A stretch of DNA of 64,000 nucleotides from Candidatus Levyibacteriota bacterium (GTDB taxonomy: Bacteria > Patescibacteriota > Microgenomatia > Levybacterales > UBA12049), in NCBI GenBank assembly GCA_003152105.1, contig PLZJ01000003.1:6899-70898 (forward strand). The letters are read 5' to 3'. The notes under the pieces are model-generated. The model was not told the origin of the DNA. It worked only from the letters and a program-made list of their open reading frames with translations, and ran no database searches. The position numbers and the translations under genes were made by a program. Shown piece by piece: positions 9,515-16,284 of the stretch; within the stretch, counting starts at the first letter, position 1, and the number at the start of each line of letters is the position of its first letter.

Positions 9515-9566
9515 TTCCGTCTACTGCTATAAGCAGTACTGATGAGTCCTTTTAGGACGAAACGAG
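9515..9566 (+). ncRNA. Hammerhead ribozyme, type III topology
   Basis: GTC cleavage triplet (9519-9521); stem I TACTGCT/AGCAGTA; core CTGATGA (9539-9545); stem II GTCCT/AGGAC; core GAAA (9559-9562); stem III CGT/ACG. Confidence 0.92.
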
Positions 9567-9852
9567 ATACTTCGATTATATATAGTGCCCCATATGGGAC
9601 GATGTTCGAACCTATTTGTGCCTAAACATCGATCAGGGTGAAAAGACAAGCTTGCTTTCTGCAATTAATCACTTCAAAAAGAAGGAAATTGAATGAAAAT
9701 TTATTTTCTTCCTTCCAATAATGAGGTTGGAACAATTTCTTCGACCATTCTCCAAACCAGATCTTTAGGAAACTCACTGTATCATATGTGACAAAAGCTT
9801 CTCCTTACAAACGGTTGAATTAAGAGCATCTAAGAATAACTAAGAATAATTA

Positions 9853-9881
9853 TTGACAAACTTATATTTGAGCACTATAAT
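9853..9881 (+). promoter_or_regulatory. Consensus sigma70 promoter, leaderless mRNA
   Basis: TTGACA-17-TATAAT, 7 nt before ATG 9889. Confidence 0.85.
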
Positions 9882-9888
9882 AAATAAA

Positions 9889-10260
9889 ATGACTAAAGAA
9901 AGTATAGATCCAAACAAAGTTTACACCACTCAAGAAGCAGCAGATGTCCTTGGTGTTTCTGAACAAATACTAGTTATGCAATTAAGGAATGGTAAAATTA
10001 CTGGACAATATATTGGAAAAGGGTGGAAAATATTGGGTCAGAACATCATTGACTTTCTAAAAAAACCTCAAGGATTAATTGAGCGGTTAGCTGAAACTAT
10101 GCTGGAAGAAGAAAGTAAGTCAGACTCGTCAAATAAACAAAGCCCTGTAGAAAATGCTGTTCAAAGATTACTCAATGGTAGCTCAACATCTCCAAGATAT
10201 ACTCCTGAACAAATTGATTTAGCACTAAAACAATACAAAGAAAAGAAAGGAATTACCTAA
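9889..10260 (+). CDS. Excisionase-like (MerR/HTH_17) DNA-binding protein
   Basis: VYTTQEAADVLGVS...LRNGKITG..IGKGWKI pattern. Confidence 0.8.
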   Translation: MTKESIDPNKVYTTQEAADVLGVSEQILVMQLRNGKITGQYIGKGWKILGQNIIDFLKKPQGLIERLAETMLEEESKSDSSNKQSPVENAVQRLLNGSSTSPRYTPEQIDLALKQYKEKKGIT

Positions 10261-10262
10261 TT

Positions 10263-10694
10263 ATGCCAAGTCTTAAAATGGTCAAGCACCAGGCATGGGC
10301 TTTTTATAGTAAATGGAAAAAACAAAAAACTTTCTCTCCAGCTTTCAACTCTGATGTTAGAGTATCACTTAAAGGTTGGTACCACATAACTGGAGCAAGA
10401 GGATTCAAACAGAGAAGTGCAGGCGATGTATATCGAAGACTTATGATTTTACATCATGCAAAAACTATAATTGAAACAGCAACCACGATTCAAAACGTTC
10501 AAGTCAAAGGGAAAATCACTTATTATGCCTTAGACTCTGTTACGCAAGTTTCAGAAAATGACAAAACTGAGTGGAGAAAATTAAGAGTAATTATTATTGA
10601 CGATATTAAAGGAAACAAAGTTTTTTATTCAGTTATGGATAAAAAACCAAGTATAAGACCTAAAATACAAAAAAAGAGGATGCCTCACCCTTAG
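10263..10694 (+). CDS. Basic hypothetical protein, probable RelE/Barnase-EndoU-ColicinD-like (BECR) nuclease toxin
   Basis: VRVSLKGWYHI..., D..RRL..L..AK.II and terminal LRVIII...VFYSVM strands resemble BECR-fold proteins; coupled to the HTH gene. Confidence 0.5.
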   Translation: MPSLKMVKHQAWAFYSKWKKQKTFSPAFNSDVRVSLKGWYHITGARGFKQRSAGDVYRRLMILHHAKTIIETATTIQNVQVKGKITYYALDSVTQVSENDKTEWRKLRVIIIDDIKGNKVFYSVMDKKPSIRPKIQKKRMPHP

Positions 10695-10738
10695 GAATTA
10701 ACGTTAGGGTACTGAGCGGTAAAAACCGCTTCATCCTC
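10669..10738 (-). ncRNA. Putative ~70-nt small RNA antisense to the 3' end of 10263..10694
   Basis: Has its own promoter at 10745-10773; closing stem GAGGATG/CATCCTC around two hairpins, followed by U7. Confidence 0.65.
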
Positions 10739-10744
10739 AAAAGA

Positions 10745-10773
10745 AGTATAACAAAATAAAATATTTTTGTCAA
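10745..10773 (-). promoter_or_regulatory. Sigma70 promoter of the antisense sRNA
   Basis: TTGACA-17-TATACT with extended -10 TG on the minus strand; no ORF follows. Confidence 0.75.
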
Positions 10774-10790
10774 CCTCTACTATAGGCCTG

Positions 10791-10878
10791 TGGTGCGGAT
10801 GAGAGGACTTGAACCTCCACGCCTTATTCAGGCACAGCCACCTCAAGGCTGCGTGTATGCCAATTTCACCACATCCGC
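10791..10878 (-). tRNA. tRNA-Leu(GAG)
   Basis: Acceptor GCGGATG/CATCCGC, anticodon arm CAGCC-TTGAGGT-GGCTG, long variable arm, encoded ACCA. Confidence 0.95.
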
Positions 10879-10931
10879 ATGTGTAACATTATACCTAATA
10901 TATTCTCTATTTTAAACCTTACATCTATATG

Positions 10932-11015
10932 TACCGTGGAGAGGAGTCGAACCTCCATGCCTTTTTGGGGCACTGGTACCTGAAACCAGCGCGTCTGCCA
11001 TTTCGCCACCACGGT
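10932..11015 (-). tRNA. tRNA-Leu(CAG)
   Basis: Acceptor ACCGTGG/CCACGGT, anticodon arm CTGGT-TTCAGGT-ACCAG, long variable arm. Confidence 0.95.
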
Positions 11016-11111
11016 TTATGTAAAATGGTGCTATGTATTATAACGTAGCTTCGATTGTAACAAAGTCATATTGTATTGACAAGGAACCTTAAATATGTAA
11101 ATATTATATGA

Positions 11112-11699
11112 ATGAGGAAGTTTATTCTGCTCGCAACTTTCTTAATCGTAACTCCAATATTTCTAATTTTTAGCATCATATTTGTTGCTTTGATTCATTT
11201 TGAGCATATTCAGTCTCAATTCTTAACAAGCGTAGCTCAGCCGCAAACAGTTGCGTATGCAGCTTTACCTACAACCCAAAATAGCCTTTCTGATCAAATA
11301 ATAGAACAAAATGCCAGAGCTGAGATGTTAACGCAGTTTTTTGAGCAATATAATTCACCCCTTGCGCCGTACGCACAAACAATCGTAGATGAAGCTGATG
11401 CATATAATCTTGATTTTAGACTTCTTCCCGCAATAGCTATGCAAGAATCTGATGGTTGTTTAAAAGCACCACCTAACTCTGATAATTGCTGGGGATTTGG
11501 TATCTATGGCCATACGGTAACTCGCTTTGATTCATACCCAAGTGCTATTCAGGCAGTAAGTAAGGCTTTAGCCGAAAAATATGCCTCAAAAGGTCTTAAA
11601 ACTCCTGAGCAAATAATGAGTATTTATGACCCTCCAAGCTCGGCAAATGGAGGAAGATGGGCCGATAGCGTAAGCTATTTCATGAATAAACTTCAATAG
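11112..11699 (+). CDS. Membrane-anchored lysozyme-fold peptidoglycan hydrolase (glucosaminidase/SLT-like)
   Basis: N-terminal TM; SPLAPYA, LDFRLLPAIAMQES (catalytic Glu) and NCWGFGIY motifs. Confidence 0.75.
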   Translation: MRKFILLATFLIVTPIFLIFSIIFVALIHFEHIQSQFLTSVAQPQTVAYAALPTTQNSLSDQIIEQNARAEMLTQFFEQYNSPLAPYAQTIVDEADAYNLDFRLLPAIAMQESDGCLKAPPNSDNCWGFGIYGHTVTRFDSYPSAIQAVSKALAEKYASKGLKTPEQIMSIYDPPSSANGGRWADSVSYFMNKLQ

Positions 11700-11712
11700 A
11701 ACACTCAATGTC

Positions 11713-11741
11713 TTGACAAACCTATAGCTTTCTGCTATACT
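11713..11741 (+). promoter_or_regulatory. Sigma70 promoter
   Basis: TTGACA-17-TATACT with extended -10 TG. Confidence 0.8.
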
Positions 11742-11748
11742 CTTTTTC

Positions 11749-11794
11749 AGATCCTAAGGTAAGCCTTCCACACCGCTTACGTTAGGATTTTTTT
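11749..11794 (+). terminator. Terminator-like hairpin directly after a promoter (attenuator or sRNA)
   Basis: ATCCTAA-g-GTAAGC / GCTTAC-g-TTAGGAT stem, C-rich loop, followed by a U run. Confidence 0.65.
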
Positions 11795-11883
11795 ATGGAA
11801 TAATGCCACCATGATGTTTTGGCAACAATCTGGTTACAAAATTATCAATTTACAAAGGCAATTACTCTTATTCCAATTATCCT

Positions 11884-12444
11884 ATGAAAAACCTATTACG
11901 AATTACATTTGTGCTTATCGTACTTGTAATACTATTTACGCCTAAAGAGGCTTATGCGTCTGATGAGACGATTAACTCTACAGAGGCTATAAGTACTGTG
12001 CTTCCTCAAATAACAGCTCAAAATGCCCAAATTAACGCCCTACAGGGGTATTTAACAGCACAGAATTCACCACTTGCACCATATGCTAAATCTATGGTTG
12101 AAAATGCAAACGAGAATAACATTGACTGGAGACTCGTTGCAGCTATCTCAGGCGTAGAATCTAGCTTTGGTCTTGATTTACCTACCAACTCATATAACTG
12201 TTGGGGTTTTGGTATCTATGCTGATAATGTAAGATATTTTGCATCATATTCAGATGGGATTGAAACAGTGTCCAAATCTCTTCGACAGGATTATCTTGGG
12301 CAAAACCAAGCAACAAACGTGTATCTTATTGGAAGTAAATACGCTGCAGATCCGAACTGGGCTTCGCGAGTAGAGACGTATATGGATGCTATTTCTTCAT
12401 ATCAAGCAAATACACAAATAAATCAGCTTCCGCTTTCTCTCTAA
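11884..12444 (+). CDS. Secreted lysozyme-fold peptidoglycan hydrolase, paralogue of 11112..11699
   Basis: Signal peptide AYA-S; SPLAPYA, IDWRLVAAISGVES and NCWGFGIY motifs. Confidence 0.75.
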   Translation: MKNLLRITFVLIVLVILFTPKEAYASDETINSTEAISTVLPQITAQNAQINALQGYLTAQNSPLAPYAKSMVENANENNIDWRLVAAISGVESSFGLDLPTNSYNCWGFGIYADNVRYFASYSDGIETVSKSLRQDYLGQNQATNVYLIGSKYAADPNWASRVETYMDAISSYQANTQINQLPLSL

Positions 12445-12476
12445 ATTCGCTATAATATACGAAAGGCATTACGCTT

Positions 12477-12560
12477 GCCGGGATGGCGAAATGGTAGACG
12501 CGCATGGTTTAGGACCATGTGCCCTTAAAAGGCATGGAGGTTCGAGCCCTCTTCCCGGCA
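12477..12560 (+). tRNA. tRNA-Leu(TAG)
   Basis: Acceptor GCCGGGA/TCCCGGC, anticodon arm CATGG-TTTAGGA-CCATG, long variable arm. Confidence 0.95.
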
Positions 12561-12595
12561 CATCTTGTGATATAATAGGCATCCAAACAAGCACT

Positions 12596-13423
12596 ATGGC
12601 AACAACATTACAAAAAGCAATAGACGGAACAATTACCTTAACAATCGCAATTCCTGCTGCAGATATTGAAAAGGCAAAAAAAGAAGTACTTGAATCATTT
12701 TCTAAAGAAGCGCAAGTAGCTGGATTTCGAAAAGGAAAAGCTCCTAAAAAACTAGTTGAAGATAAGGTGAATGAAGATAAGCTACGTGAAGAAATTCTTC
12801 GAACTACACTTCCCAAAGCATATGTTGCTGCGGTTACAGAACAAAAGTTGCAACCAGTTCTTAATCCAAAAATTCATATTAATAAAATAGAGGAGGGGAA
12901 AGACTGGACTTTTACTGCAGTTACTTGTGAAGCGCCAAAACTTAATCTTGGAGATTATAAAAAAAGAGTACAAGATGTAACGGCAAAAAGCAAAATTATT
13001 GTCCCTGGAAAAGAGCAAACTTCACCAAGTCTTGATGATATTGTTTCAGCACTTTTGTCAGGAATTGATGGCGCAATTCCTTCGGTTATTTTAGATCAAG
13101 AAGTTGATAGACTGCTCGCACAAACCCTTGATGAAATTAAAACGCTTGGTATATCGCTTGAGCAATATCTTTCTTCAACAAACAGAACAGTTGAGGGAAT
13201 TAGGCAAGAGTATAAAAAAAGAGCTGAAAATGATGTCAAATTAGAATTTGCGCTTCAACAAATAGCTGAAGATGCAAAAATTGTTATTGAAGAAAAAGAA
13301 ATAGATGAGGCAATACAAAAAGCCAAAGACAAGAAAGAACAAGAACAAATGCAGGCCAATCGCTATTTATTAACGAGTATTTTACGACAACAAAAAACCT
13401 TTGATTATTTAAAAAACCTATAG
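12596..13423 (+). CDS. tig: Trigger factor, short form lacking the FKBP PPIase domain
   Basis: GFRKGKAP ribosome-binding motif; C-terminal helical domain; 275 aa. Start reassigned to ATG 12596, downstream of the tRNA. Confidence 0.9.
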   Translation: MATTLQKAIDGTITLTIAIPAADIEKAKKEVLESFSKEAQVAGFRKGKAPKKLVEDKVNEDKLREEILRTTLPKAYVAAVTEQKLQPVLNPKIHINKIEEGKDWTFTAVTCEAPKLNLGDYKKRVQDVTAKSKIIVPGKEQTSPSLDDIVSALLSGIDGAIPSVILDQEVDRLLAQTLDEIKTLGISLEQYLSSTNRTVEGIRQEYKKRAENDVKLEFALQQIAEDAKIVIEEKEIDEAIQKAKDKKEQEQMQANRYLLTSILRQQKTFDYLKNL

Positions 13424-13477
13424 TATTCACTACTATATTGATTTTTCTCATTCTTTGTGGTACGCTGCCCACAGAAT

Positions 13478-14149
13478 ATGGCTATAACATCTAAATTAAC
13501 AAAGCGAAATTTCTCTCTCCCAGACCCATTTGAATCTTTTGAAACACTAAGAGAAAGTACAACAGGTGCTGCAAAAGGCACTGCTTCAGTCATAAAACAA
13601 ACAAGCATAGAGGTTGTTCAAGAAGCAACAACCCAAGCAAGCGGTGTATTTGGAGAAGCGCTGGGACAATTATTTGGTGATTTAGCACCAAATGAAGAAT
13701 TTAGTTTACCTTCAGCTCGAAAAGCACAAAGTGAAAAACAAGAATCAGCTTCAAAACCTAGAAAAGAAGCAGGAATTGACTATTTTTCTGAAATTATTCA
13801 TGGTGAAACAAGAATTCATAGAACACAGTCCCAAGAATTACAAACAAAAATTTCTGAAATTATGAAGGAAGTAACCTTACTTATGAAAGCATCAAGCGAA
13901 CTTCAGATGCAGTTTAAAGAGGTTTCAGTTGAAAAAGTTACCAAATCACCAGGTAAATATCATGAATCTTTCTTTGAATGGCTTCTTATTACCGTACGAA
14001 CCATTCGAATACGAGTAGATGATAGTGCAAATTGGTTAGCAGTGATGGGGAACAAAAAGGAGAAAAAATCTTACTGGAATATGTTTAAAAAACATGGCAC
14101 TACTTTTGGAATGTCAGGCGAACGATCTGTTTCAAATCAGGTTGCATAA
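13478..14149 (+). CDS. Conserved hypothetical protein (DUF5660-like)
   Basis: C-terminal PGKYHESFFEW...SANWL...YWNMFKKHGTTFGMSGER pattern, recalled from Microgenomates proteins. Confidence 0.6.
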   Translation: MAITSKLTKRNFSLPDPFESFETLRESTTGAAKGTASVIKQTSIEVVQEATTQASGVFGEALGQLFGDLAPNEEFSLPSARKAQSEKQESASKPRKEAGIDYFSEIIHGETRIHRTQSQELQTKISEIMKEVTLLMKASSELQMQFKEVSVEKVTKSPGKYHESFFEWLLITVRTIRIRVDDSANWLAVMGNKKEKKSYWNMFKKHGTTFGMSGERSVSNQVA

Positions 14150-14243
14150 CTACTGCTTTTTATAAAACTTCTCTTAATTGATTGCATAAACCTATTTTGC
14201 TACAATATGTTACGTCCTAATAACTTTTTACATAGTTATTTTT

Positions 14244-14317
14244 GGGCTTATAGCTCAGCTGGTTAGAGCGTTGCATTGACATTGCAAAGGTCAGAGGTTC
14301 GAGTCCTCTTAGGCCCA
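14244..14317 (+). tRNA. tRNA-Val(GAC)
   Basis: Acceptor GGGCTTA/TAGGCCC, anticodon arm TTGCA-TTGACAT-TGCAA, T loop TTCGAGT. Confidence 0.95.
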
Positions 14318-14328
14318 CACGACTTTTA

Positions 14329-16212
14329 CTATCTAATATTTCCGCTTTCACTTGCGGAACAACCAGTAGCTACTCCATAATTTAAATACGTTTTTGTATA
14401 GCCAGCACTTCCTTTATAGTAATAATTTACGTCATCAACAAATGGAGCTGAAATATAATTTAATCCATTCACAAGAGGCAGTGGAAAACTTGCATGCCCA
14501 TTGATAACTTGAGCGCTAATACTTGCTACATTTGTATGAACTATTCCTTGGTTATCTTGAATAGTAATATGTATATGACCATTCGGTGCAATAGGACCTC
14601 CATAATTTTGAACGCGTACGGTAGCTAGAGGACATGCGTCAGTTCCTTTTGGACCAGCTGATGCATTAATTGCTGTTGAAGTTGGATCTTTTGCTATAGT
14701 TAACACTATTGGCAAGCTACTGGTTGTTTGTCTTGCCTGTGTTGTATCAATATACTCAGCAATTACTGATTCACTTCCCGAAATAAGAGGATCAAAAGTT
14801 AGTAAGTCTGGGATTGCCGACGTACAAAGTAATGTTTGTGTTTGTCCCATCTTGAGTGTTCGAAAACCAAGAATTGAAGCATTATCTTTAAATACAATAT
14901 CTCCTGCTGGATGATTACCATATTGATCAGTTACTGAAGCTTCATAACAAGTTCCGGCATTGAGCGAAGTTATAAGAGGTGTACTTGAAGTAATTTTAAC
15001 GCTCACAAGTTTACTTCCTTGTTTTACCCAATCAGAATTACACTTACTTGTTCCATCAAGAAATCCCGCCTGCATACTATTTGCATTACCAAGTTCAATT
15101 TTACCTACTTCAGTCGACGAATCATCAAATGCGTAGGGAAGTATACCAACTGCTCCGCTCCCACAAAAACTTTGAATTTGTGTAGAAATATCAATCGCCC
15201 GTGGTAAAATGCTGTTTGCGATAGTTAAATCAGGATAATAAAATGTCTGAGGAATACCTATTAATGGTTCCATATTTTGATCCCATCCAAGAAGCGATAG
15301 TTGCGCTTTAAAATCGGGCAGTAATTGCTTCATTGACCAATCTATTTTCGATGCATCACCATTTACCCATGAATAAACTCCATATGGATAAAAGCTCACA
15401 TAATCACACGCATCTGGAGAAAAATTACTAACTGATAAAGCGAGATTGTGTCGACTATAACGTGTAAATACACCGTTTGCGTTATAATAATCGAGCCCTG
15501 CTCCAAACGCACAAAGAGTGGATCTATGTAAGACGCTTGTTCTATTTGCATTTTGTATTATTTGATGAATTAAAGGCAGTACATTTTTTGTGTTTCCAAT
15601 ATTATCATCTTGTAGATAAAAACCTAAAATTGCTTGATCATTTTCTATTTTTGGGGAGGTAACATACTGCTGAACATCTCTTAGTAATAGTTGCAAATTG
15701 TCACCAGTTATTTGACATGTGGGATCGTGTCTCACTGAAATTGGTTTATTAGTTTTTGCACTTGTTGGTATGGGACAGGCAATTTGTAAATAGTAATTTA
15801 TTTTTCCAAGCAACGTACCGTCTACATATTTCATATGGTTACGTTTTAAAACTGCATACATTGCACTTTCGGAAGACACATAGGAACGAATGCTATAAGA
15901 AATTCCTAAGGTATGGGCAAGCTGTACTTCTTTTTCATTAGAACGCTCCGTATTTTTGTAAAATACACCGATATCATATGCGCCAATTTTATTTGACAAA
16001 CTATAAGAATGAGATTGAGGTGAGGTTGTATCAGCAAAATTATGGATCGTTTGAGTATTGGAAACTATAAGTGGGGTAGCAAGAATTAGCAAAAACAAAG
16101 ATACTATGCCTATTTTTGCTGTTTTATCAATCTTATCAAGTTCAGTTTGTAATATACTTATTACATTTTTAAAACTATTATTGTTGTGATTTTTACTTAA
16201 AATATTAGGCAT
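14329..16212 (-). CDS. Membrane-anchored surface protein: putative GH-like barrel plus two Ig-like domains
   Basis: N-domain homologous to the C-domain of 2663..6829; C-domains homologous to the C-terminus of 16285..18744; start at MPNILSK. Confidence 0.7.
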   Translation of the reverse strand: MPNILSKNHNNNSFKNVISILQTELDKIDKTAKIGIVSLFLLILATPLIVSNTQTIHNFADTTSPQSHSYSLSNKIGAYDIGVFYKNTERSNEKEVQLAHTLGISYSIRSYVSSESAMYAVLKRNHMKYVDGTLLGKINYYLQIACPIPTSAKTNKPISVRHDPTCQITGDNLQLLLRDVQQYVTSPKIENDQAILGFYLQDDNIGNTKNVLPLIHQIIQNANRTSVLHRSTLCAFGAGLDYYNANGVFTRYSRHNLALSVSNFSPDACDYVSFYPYGVYSWVNGDASKIDWSMKQLLPDFKAQLSLLGWDQNMEPLIGIPQTFYYPDLTIANSILPRAIDISTQIQSFCGSGAVGILPYAFDDSSTEVGKIELGNANSMQAGFLDGTSKCNSDWVKQGSKLVSVKITSSTPLITSLNAGTCYEASVTDQYGNHPAGDIVFKDNASILGFRTLKMGQTQTLLCTSAIPDLLTFDPLISGSESVIAEYIDTTQARQTTSSLPIVLTIAKDPTSTAINASAGPKGTDACPLATVRVQNYGGPIAPNGHIHITIQDNQGIVHTNVASISAQVINGHASFPLPLVNGLNYISAPFVDDVNYYYKGSAGYTKTYLNYGVATGCSASESGNIR

Positions 16213-16284
16213 ATAATGCCTATTAAGTATGAGGAAAAAAATGAAGTATGTCAATAAAAATGAGATGAAAAACAAGAATATTTA

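Larger units (their letters stand above)
9585..10796. mobile_element. Putative degenerate mini-island integrated at the 3' end of tRNA-Leu(GAG)
   Basis: The left end GTGCcccatatgGGACgatgTTCGAACCT resembles the antisense tRNA 3' end GTGCggatgagaGGACTTGAACCT at the right end; cargo is an HTH gene and a toxin-like gene; no recombinase remains. Confidence 0.45.

Noticed and set aside
8390-9515. Closing stems read as transposon terminal inverted repeats (also 21475-22500)
   Set aside because: There is no transposase or evident target-site duplication, the pairing includes G-U pairs and looped-out hairpins, and the promoters lie outside the repeats. This fits RNA structure better than DNA ends.
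8323-9566. Integrated Obelisk (about 1 kb, hammerhead, two ORFs)
   Set aside because: The fold appears branched rather than a single rod, neither protein shows a recognisable Oblin-1 motif, there is no terminal redundancy, and the unit has a normal chromosomal promoter. Kept only as a distant analogy.
12469-12816. ORF 12469..12816(-) and the N-terminal extension of tig from 12491
   Set aside because: Both overlap tRNA-Leu(TAG); the real tig start is ATG 12596.
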